Of a stretch of 52,836 nucleotides of DNA, positions 46,499-52,836 are shown piece after piece; within the stretch, counting starts at the first letter, position 1, and the number at the start of each line of letters is the position of its first letter. The position numbers and the translations under genes were made by a program. The stretch is from Parcubacteria group bacterium. Lineage in GTDB: Bacteria; Patescibacteriota; Minisyncoccia; UBA10092. Below the pieces are notes generated by a model. The model had not been told where the DNA came from. It searched no databases and was given only the letters and a program-made list of their open reading frames with translations. Where the stretch lies: the NCBI GenBank assembly GCA_016188835.1, contig JACPHB010000014.1:1-52836 (forward strand). Direction: 5' to 3'.

Positions 46499-47749
46499 TT
46501 AAATTCTTAAATTTTTAAAATTAAGAAGCGCTTTATTTATTATTTCCGCCGCTTTTTTTATTTCTTTTTCAGTTGTATCTTTTCCTATGGTAATGCGAAT
46601 GCTTTCTTTTGCTTGTTTTTCGGTTAGCCCCAGAGCGTTTAAAACATAAGATGCTTTGGAGGCACGAGCCGAACAAGCCGAACCGGCAGAAACCGCGAGT
46701 CCATTTTGGTCTAAAGCTATAAGAAGCGTTTCATTGCTTATATTGGGAAATCTTATATTTAAGTTATTCGGTAATCGGTTGCTTGTCCTGAGCGAAGTCG
46801 AAGGATCAAGCGAACCGTTTAATTTAATATCCTTATTATATTTAATTATATAATCCAGCAATTGGTTTCGCAAATGAAGGATTTTTTTTAAACGCGTTTC
46901 CCTATTTTTAAAAACAAGCCCAACTGCTTTAGCCAGGCCCACTATGCCCGCGACATTTTCCGTACCGGACCTTAGCCCAAATTCCTGGCCGCCGCCCTTA
47001 ATAATAGGTCCTATAAAACCTATAGGTCCTATCTTTCTTACATAAAGCCCCCCAACACCCTTTGGCCCGTAAATTTTATGACCGGAAAATATTAATAAAT
47101 CAACCTTGAGCCAATCCGGACGGCATTCCAGAAATTGAAATGCCTGAACCGCATCGGTGTGAAAATAAATTCTATTTAACCCTTGTTCTTTTCTTTTAGT
47201 ATTTATTTTTTCCAAAAGTTTTCCAATTTCTTTTACCGACTGGATTGTTCCGATTTCGTTATTCGCGTATATAATACTTACTAAAACAGTATTATTTTTA
47301 ATGCTTTTTTCTAAATCTGAAACACTAATAAAACCATCTTTATTAACTTTAAGATATGTAATTTCGTGTCCGGCTCTTTCAAGCTCTTTTAATGGCTCGA
47401 GAACCGATTCATGTTCAATGTTGGTAGAAATAATATGTAATTTATTTATCCCACTTACAGACGATCGTCTGTAAGTCGTACAATTCTGAATTAAACCATT
47501 AATAGCCATATTATTCGCTTCCGTGGCCGAACCGGTAAAAATGATTTCGGAAAAATCGCAGTTTAAAAGATTGGCGATTTTTTCTCTCGCTTGATCTATC
47601 GCCGCAATTGCTTCTTGCCCAAAAGAATGCACCGAAGAAGCATTGCCGAATTTATCGCTAAAATACGGCATCATCGCATTCAAAACTTCTTTATCAACCG
47701 GCGTCGTCGCGGCATAATCAAGATAGATTTTCTTGGTTTGATTAGACAT
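46499..47749 (-). CDS. iscS: Cysteine desulfurase (IscS/NifS); likely start 47749
   Basis: YLDYAATTP, HTDAVQ, SGHKIYGPKG, RSGTEN, SAGSAC. Confidence 0.95.
   Translation of the reverse strand: MSNQTKKIYLDYAATTPVDKEVLNAMMPYFSDKFGNASSVHSFGQEAIAAIDQAREKIANLLNCDFSEIIFTGSATEANNMAINGLIQNCTTYRRSSVSGINKLHIISTNIEHESVLEPLKELERAGHEITYLKVNKDGFISVSDLEKSIKNNTVLVSIIYANNEIGTIQSVKEIGKLLEKINTKRKEQGLNRIYFHTDAVQAFQFLECRPDWLKVDLLIFSGHKIYGPKGVGGLYVRKIGPIGFIGPIIKGGGQEFGLRSGTENVAGIVGLAKAVGLVFKNRETRLKKILHLRNQLLDYIIKYNKDIKLNGSLDPSTSLRTSNRLPNNLNIRFPNISNETLLIALDQNGLAVSAGSACSARASKASYVLNALGLTEKQAKESIRITIGKDTTEKEIKKAAEIINKALLNFKNLRI
46781..46811. repeat. TGAGC-N-TCGAA REP-like element in iscS
   Basis: gcttgtcc-tgagcgaagtcgaa-ggatcaagc; encodes LDPSTSLRTS. 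Confidence 0.82.
47453..47476. repeat. Perfect 24-bp palindrome in iscS
   Basis: acttacagacga|tcgtctgtaagt; encodes TYRRSSVS. Confidence 0.9.
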
Positions 47750-47830
47750 TATAATTAATATTAAAACATAAAAATGAATTTTTTTCAATAAAAAACCGCA
47801 GACTTTAATTAATTCTACGGTTAATTGTTT

Positions 47831-48454
47831 TTAATCAGGATATTTATAATTAAACGCATAAAGTAAATTCCAATTATATTCCATTAAATGGTATGCTGCC
47901 TCTATATCTCTGGATTCTAAAACCAACTTTATACTTTCTGTCAGAATAATGGTCTTTTGGCAATCCAATTCGCAATGGATATGCAATGTGTAAAATAGAG
48001 CCTCATTAAGACTCCCTTTTTTAACGGCTTCTTTTAGTTTGCGATAGAATAGAACTGCAGGTCCTTTTTCTTGTCCATTTTTCAAAAATTCTTGGCAACT
48101 TTTTTTAAAAGCATCGATACAGCATTTTGGATAACCCAAAAACTCGCCAGTTTCAATTTCTCTAGACCATAATTGATTTAGTAGGATCGGACTTTTTGAA
48201 ACATAATAATCTCCTCGCTGTTCTTTATAATACAATCCCAATTTTACCAGACAATATTCTAAATATCTTTTTTGGATTGAAAGGTACTGTGATCCTCGTG
48301 TTCGTTCAAATTTCCAAAGTTCAACATTGGCACCCAATCTAACATCTTCGAGAACTGGAACTAAATCTGCTCGTATGCCTAAGTTAAGTTTGTACCATTC
48401 AATAAAACTATATATATTTTTACCTTTTGTCCGTGACTCTTTTTTAATGAACAT
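47831..48454 (-). CDS. Hypothetical protein (DUF483-like motif)
   Basis: GEFLGYPKCCIDAF and H-x-x-C-x3-C. Confidence 0.55.
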   Translation of the reverse strand: MFIKKESRTKGKNIYSFIEWYKLNLGIRADLVPVLEDVRLGANVELWKFERTRGSQYLSIQKRYLEYCLVKLGLYYKEQRGDYYVSKSPILLNQLWSREIETGEFLGYPKCCIDAFKKSCQEFLKNGQEKGPAVLFYRKLKEAVKKGSLNEALFYTLHIHCELDCQKTIILTESIKLVLESRDIEAAYHLMEYNWNLLYAFNYKYPD

Positions 48455-48569
48455 TCATTCCCCATATTTTTCTTAATAATCCGGTGATGTAGATAGTCTC
48501 TTTTATATATGCTTTTTATTTTATTAAGTCAAGGTAACGCGCCGGTTTCTTTCTTGCAAAGTTCGTATG

Positions 48570-48591
48570 CCCTCATTCGCGCGAATAGGGG
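48570..48591. repeat. Palindrome downstream of arsR
   Basis: ccctc-attcgcgcgaat-agggg. Confidence 0.8.
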
Positions 48592-48649
48592 ATAAAAAAG
48601 ATATAAAAAGCGAAAATAAAAAAGTTAAATTCAATAATTAAAAATCGAA

Positions 48650-48910
48650 TCAAAGAATAGAAATGATATGCTTTGCCGGTAATTTTTGCTCGGCAGACAA
48701 GTGATAAAACATCTGGGAACTTCGCTGTTCTCTTTCAATAATATCAACTGCGGATAAAACGCCGAGGTGTTTTGACGTGGCCTTGAAAGATAAATTAATT
48801 TCATCGGCAATTTCCGTTACTGGCGCTTCTTTATTTTCTTTGAGATATTTCAAAATCGCCAATCGGCGACGATTAGCCAGCGCTTTTAAAATTTTTTCCA
48901 ACTTATACAT
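48650..48910 (-). CDS. ArsR/SmtB-family wHTH regulator
   Basis: LKALANRRRLAIL, VTEIA, TSKHL. Confidence 0.92.
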   Translation of the reverse strand: MYKLEKILKALANRRRLAILKYLKENKEAPVTEIADEINLSFKATSKHLGVLSAVDIIEREQRSSQMFYHLSAEQKLPAKHIISIL

Positions 48911-48931
48911 ATTTTATGTATTTGTTAGTAC

Positions 48932-48954
48932 GACCCTATTCGCGCGAATAAGAC
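48932..48954. promoter_or_regulatory. Operator-like palindrome upstream of arsR
   Basis: ccctattcgcgcgaataagac; 20/20 match at 21874-21893. Confidence 0.75.
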
Positions 48955-48991
48955 TATACTAACATGTTTTTATATAAATAAAAATAAAATT

Positions 48992-49762
48992 TCAGTTTCC
49001 TATAGCGCCGTTTCGCTCTTTGACTTCAATCTCGGCGCGAGCGCGCCAGTCGCGGCCGGCGCAAAGTTCGTGATAAGCGCAAAAATCGCAAACCCAATTT
49101 ATCCCCCACTTGCCGCGTTCTTCATCATAAATAACCGATTCCGGTATTGGCGGCAGTTCATCTTTTTTCCAAAAATCATTTAAAATTTTAAGCTGTTCTA
49201 CGACCGGTTTTATTGCGTTTTCAGAATAATCAACCGGAATAATTAATCGGTTTAAATCGTCGCGGGAAACATAAATAATCCGGCCTTCAAGATTTGACAA
49301 GTCAATGTGTGAAATTTCCTGATGCCCGTGATTGCGCAACCGCCACAAATAAAAAAGCGTTTGCAATTTGTGCTGCGACTGGGGCTCTTTATTTTTTATT
49401 TTATATTTGAAACTAAACGAGTTGGTGGATTTTATTTCATAAAGAATCGGGCGACCGCCTTCATCCACTATTAAATCAACTTTGCCGGACGCTTCATATT
49501 CTGGCGCCTCAACCCGTAATTGCTCGGCAACCAAGCTTCCCGATTGTTTAACTTTATTGACTATCCATTCTTCGACTATTTTTCCGACTTCCATAATCCC
49601 CATTCTATCAGGAGAGATTACCGATGTCGGCGGCAATCCTTTGCGCCGGTAAAAAACGCCTCGCAAACAAGAATTTAAATCGGTCGCCCACCAGCTTTTT
49701 TTGGCGTATGGCTCGCGGATGAAACTTTCATTTATTATTTTATCTAAAAAAGTATTTGCCAT
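48992..49762 (-). CDS. Stand-alone Cas4-like PD-(D/E)xK nuclease
   Basis: N-terminal C, GKVDL, EIKS, QxxxY, C-terminal CxxC-x5-C (Fe-S ligands). Confidence 0.8.
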   Translation of the reverse strand: MANTFLDKIINESFIREPYAKKSWWATDLNSCLRGVFYRRKGLPPTSVISPDRMGIMEVGKIVEEWIVNKVKQSGSLVAEQLRVEAPEYEASGKVDLIVDEGGRPILYEIKSTNSFSFKYKIKNKEPQSQHKLQTLFYLWRLRNHGHQEISHIDLSNLEGRIIYVSRDDLNRLIIPVDYSENAIKPVVEQLKILNDFWKKDELPPIPESVIYDEERGKWGINWVCDFCAYHELCAGRDWRARAEIEVKERNGAIGN

Positions 49763-49768
49763 TATAAA

Positions 49769-50371
49769 TTAGCTGAATAAATTTTGAATTTTATAAGACG
49801 CGGTTTCTATTTTAAAATCAGCATATTTTGACCAATCAACTTTTATGGCCTTGATATACGGCATGTTAGCATCGCGGGCCGTAAATTTAATTTCGCCATT
49901 TTTTAAACCATGTTCGTATAAATCGCGCGTCAAGCGGACATCGTCGAGGCAGTATTTTTTTAATTCATCAATCCTTCCTTCGCGCCAATACTGAACTGCC
50001 ATAAGTCCGTTCGCGCTTTTTCTTTTTCCCAAAGTGTTGGAAACCAAATCGTCCAAACTAACCCTATGCCCCATTTTATCGACAACTTCATTCATAATAT
50101 CGAGAGTCGGGATTTTGTTTAAATCTACGGATAAATATTTCTGTAAAACCGGCAAATCAAAATGGTCTATATTAAACCCAATTATCAAATCAGTTTTTCT
50201 TAACAAATCTTCAAAACGCGGCATTTCGCTTTCGTCAAAAGTTAAAAAAGCAGCATCGGCATAAGAAAAAACACCGGCGACCGAAAGAGAAAGTTTCGTC
50301 AGATTTTCTTTGCCGCCGACATCGGAAAATAAATTTTTGGTTTCTATGTCTAAAACGATATGGTTAAGCAT
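49769..50371 (-). CDS. DEDD/RNase H-like exonuclease (YprB-like)
   Basis: LDIET, GFNIDHFD, YCLDDV. Confidence 0.85.
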   Translation of the reverse strand: MLNHIVLDIETKNLFSDVGGKENLTKLSLSVAGVFSYADAAFLTFDESEMPRFEDLLRKTDLIIGFNIDHFDLPVLQKYLSVDLNKIPTLDIMNEVVDKMGHRVSLDDLVSNTLGKRKSANGLMAVQYWREGRIDELKKYCLDDVRLTRDLYEHGLKNGEIKFTARDANMPYIKAIKVDWSKYADFKIETASYKIQNLFS

Positions 50372-51399
50372 TATTTTAGTTCTTTAGTTTCATCAATATC
50401 AATTAAATTCCCCACATTACTGACTCTATCAACAAGCATATCAATTCTTTTTTCCGCGTCATCGTATGAATTTTTAGCATTACTAAGATGCGAACCCAAT
50501 TTTCTGAATGATTCTCCAAGTTTTTCGCCGTCTATCGCTATTCGCTGTAATTTTTTTAAAATTTCTCCGGTTTTTTTGGTAATATCGCTATCTTTAAACC
50601 AATGCTGAATAACTCCAAGCGTTAAAATAAAAGTATTTGGCGAAGTTAAAAAAATCTTTTTGCTCCAGGCGTAAGAAGTTAGATCTTCCTTGGTAACCAC
50701 TTCATAGTATAAGCTTTCCGCCGGTATGTACATCATCGCGAAATCAACCGTATTTTCATTTGGCACAATATATTTTGCGGCAATATCGGTTATGTCTTGC
50801 TTTATTCTCGCGACAAGAGCTTTGCGCGCTTCTTCTTTCTGCGGAGCCTCAATAGTATTTATAAATTGAGTAAAGTTATCTTGAGGAAATTTTGAATCAA
50901 TCGGTAAAATTCTGCCATTTGGCAGTTTTAAAACAGCATCGGCGGCTTCACCGGATGAAAATTGATATTGAAGCTCGTAAGCGTCACGCCTTGGAAAATA
51001 TAATGAAAGCATATAATCAAGCGACGCCTCTCCCCATTGGCCTGTAAGTTTTGGGCTTTTAAAAATTGTCTGGAATGAAGAGACCTCCTTAACTTGGTTC
51101 TGAACTTGGCCTAAAACTTCTTTCATTTGAGAAAATCCTCCAATAAATTTTTCCATCTGGTCGTGTATATCTTTGCTTGATCTGTCTCGCAATTCTAATT
51201 CTTTGTGGTGCGATCGACTTATTTCTTCGCGAATCTGTTTAAACTGGTCGGCAAAAATTTTATTTGCTGTTTCAAGCCGTTCGCCAAATTTGCCAATTTC
51301 TTCATTGGAATTTGTTTTTTTACTTTTAAAAATATAAAAAATAAAACCGCCTAAAGCCGCGCCAAAAAATAAAGAAATTATAATTATTAAAATATCCAT
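50371..51399 (-). CDS. rmuC: DNA recombination protein RmuC
   Basis: GQWGE, PIDSKFP, KYI-P--T-DFAMMYIPAE, SPNT. Confidence 0.92.
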   Translation of the reverse strand: MDILIIIISLFFGAALGGFIFYIFKSKKTNSNEEIGKFGERLETANKIFADQFKQIREEISRSHHKELELRDRSSKDIHDQMEKFIGGFSQMKEVLGQVQNQVKEVSSFQTIFKSPKLTGQWGEASLDYMLSLYFPRRDAYELQYQFSSGEAADAVLKLPNGRILPIDSKFPQDNFTQFINTIEAPQKEEARKALVARIKQDITDIAAKYIVPNENTVDFAMMYIPAESLYYEVVTKEDLTSYAWSKKIFLTSPNTFILTLGVIQHWFKDSDITKKTGEILKKLQRIAIDGEKLGESFRKLGSHLSNAKNSYDDAEKRIDMLVDRVSNVGNLIDIDETKELK

Positions 51400-51431
51400 T
51401 ACAATAATAATGAATTAAATTTTAATAAAAA

Positions 51432-52577
51432 TCAAATTTCTCTAGGTTCGCGGACAAAAAATAAAAGAATAAGCGCGATAAGAGTAAGTGATAGCGATAA
51501 AATAAAAGGCGCTTTGAGGCCAATGCCATCCCAAAGGATGCCGGCAATAAGAGAAGCCGGCAGGGCGATAAGGCCTATTAGCATTTGAAAACTGCCGATT
51601 ACGCTAGACCTTATTGACGATGGCGCAAATTCAGCGACAATGGTTTTTAAATTCCCTTCATAGGCGGCGCTGTGAATTCCAAGGATAATAAATGCAATAA
51701 AAATCATCCAGAAAGAACTGTAAAATATAAAAATAAAATTAACAATTATAAATAAAATAAACGAAACGGCAACCACAAAAAGCCGGCCAATTTTATCGGA
51801 AAGTTTCCCGAAAGGAACGGCAAATATAGAAGAACAAAATAAAAAGGCGAGAAAAAATAAGGGCACAAATTTTAAAGAAACTCCAAGTTTGCTTGCCGCC
51901 AATATGTAAAACGAATCGGAAAATGCGCCTAAAGTAAAAATTGCGGAAATAAGAGTAAAAATTTTAAGATTGCGGCTGATAAATTTAAACGAAAATTCCG
52001 GCTTAAGATGATCAATATGCGCATATTCGCGGACGAAAAATAAAACAATCAAACTGCCAATTAGAGACGGGATCGCCGCCAAAAGAAACATCTGCCGATA
52101 ACTAAAATAACTAACAAGTAAAATGGACGCGAGAAGCCCAAAAACAGCTCCGCCTCTATCGGCCGCCCTAAGTACTCCGAATGCCGATGCTCTTTTTTCG
52201 CGAGGCGTTATGTCAGCTACAATCGCGTCCCGCGGCGCGTCGCGCATTTTTCCGGCTCTGTCCAAAATTTTTCCTGGGATAAGTTGCCACGGCTGATAAG
52301 AAATGGCATAAATTATGCGGGAAACAAAGGCCAAAAAATAACCTAGCCATATAAAAATTTTTCTTTTCCTCAATTTGTCGGATAAAAATCCGGAACCGGC
52401 CTGCGACAGCGATACGAAAGCATCTCCTAAGCCATCGATAAATCCCAAAAAAGTAACCGAAGCGCCAATAACTGAGGTAACAAAAATTGGCCATATCGTT
52501 ATAACGGCGTAATAGCCGAGATCATTTAAAAACGCGCCCAAAGAAAAAAGCCGAATTGTTTTTCTATTTTCATTCAT
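51432..52577 (-). CDS. MFS transporter
   Basis: 12 TM, GFLSDKLRKRK, GKLSDKIGR, RDAPRDA. Confidence 0.92.
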   Translation of the reverse strand: MNENRKTIRLFSLGAFLNDLGYYAVITIWPIFVTSVIGASVTFLGFIDGLGDAFVSLSQAGSGFLSDKLRKRKIFIWLGYFLAFVSRIIYAISYQPWQLIPGKILDRAGKMRDAPRDAIVADITPREKRASAFGVLRAADRGGAVFGLLASILLVSYFSYRQMFLLAAIPSLIGSLIVLFFVREYAHIDHLKPEFSFKFISRNLKIFTLISAIFTLGAFSDSFYILAASKLGVSLKFVPLFFLAFLFCSSIFAVPFGKLSDKIGRLFVVAVSFILFIIVNFIFIFYSSFWMIFIAFIILGIHSAAYEGNLKTIVAEFAPSSIRSSVIGSFQMLIGLIALPASLIAGILWDGIGLKAPFILSLSLTLIALILLFFVREPREI

Positions 52578-52619
52578 ATATATTACAATATTAACTTTTT
52601 TGTGAGATAATTAAAATAT

Positions 52620-52836
52620 ATGGTTTTAGTTGACTCAAAAAGGCCCTTCTTTTGGACGCTGGCATTTATTATTGTATGCCTTACAGGAATTATTGTTTAC
52701 CAGCAATACCAAAAAGTCACCAAAAAAAACCATGTTATTATTTATACCGGCGCCGGCCCGGTAAAAATTAACATTGAATACGCCGAGACGCGGGAAAAGC
52801 GAATATCAGGGCTTGCGAATCGGCCGGCGCTTCCTA
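52620..52836 (+). CDS. DUF192-like protein, 5' part (runs off the window)
   Basis: MVLVDSKRPFFWTLAFIIV...INIEYAETREKRISGL matches the E-A-T--R--GL motif. Confidence 0.7.
   Translation, partial: MVLVDSKRPFFWTLAFIIVCLTGIIVYQQYQKVTKKNHVIIYTGAGPVKINIEYAETREKRISGLANRPALP

Noticed and set aside
48992-49762. Cas4 as part of a CRISPR locus
   Set aside because: No adaptation or effector genes and no array; treated as a solo Cas4-like nuclease.
766-52494. Many 60-137 aa ORFs overlapping real genes (e.g. 2288-2617, 19614-19814, 30404-30817, 45661-46038)
   Set aside because: Antisense or alternate-frame shadows with no RBS or recognisable motifs.

Overview
A low-GC, gene-dense chromosomal segment coded almost entirely on the minus strand, using genetic code 11. 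Gene content and streamlined proteins point to a Patescibacteria/CPR (Parcubacteria-like) genome (inference). It carries housekeeping genes (femX-like, uppS, tRNA-Ser, htpX, lemA, znuBC, pgk, gap, rpiB, trxB, dsbA, secA, hpf, iscS, uvrA/B/C, udg, FKBP), envelope and glycan genes, a two-gene restriction-modification cassette, a Cas4-like/DEDD/RmuC nuclease cluster and several self-contained ORFan cassettes. There is no CRISPR array, integrase or transposase. The most striking signal is a dense layer of short palindromes and 7-bp tandem repeats. (i) Three small DNA-binding genes (TrpR/YerC-like, PaaX/Cas2-fold, ArsR) are each bracketed on both sides by their own palindrome, and two of those palindromes recur inside distant housekeeping ORFs. 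(ii) At least seven other palindrome types plus heptamer arrays sit in frame inside UvrA, UvrB, UvrC, SecA, IscS, FKBP, FemX, WaaL-like and WcaJ-like proteins. Other points: a frameshifted uvrB, matched loss of the UVR domains in UvrB and UvrC, an A9 slippage site, two candidate ncRNAs upstream of hpf, a SelO-like protein and an EamA-glycoside hydrolase fusion. All family calls come from recognising motifs by eye; no database was searched.
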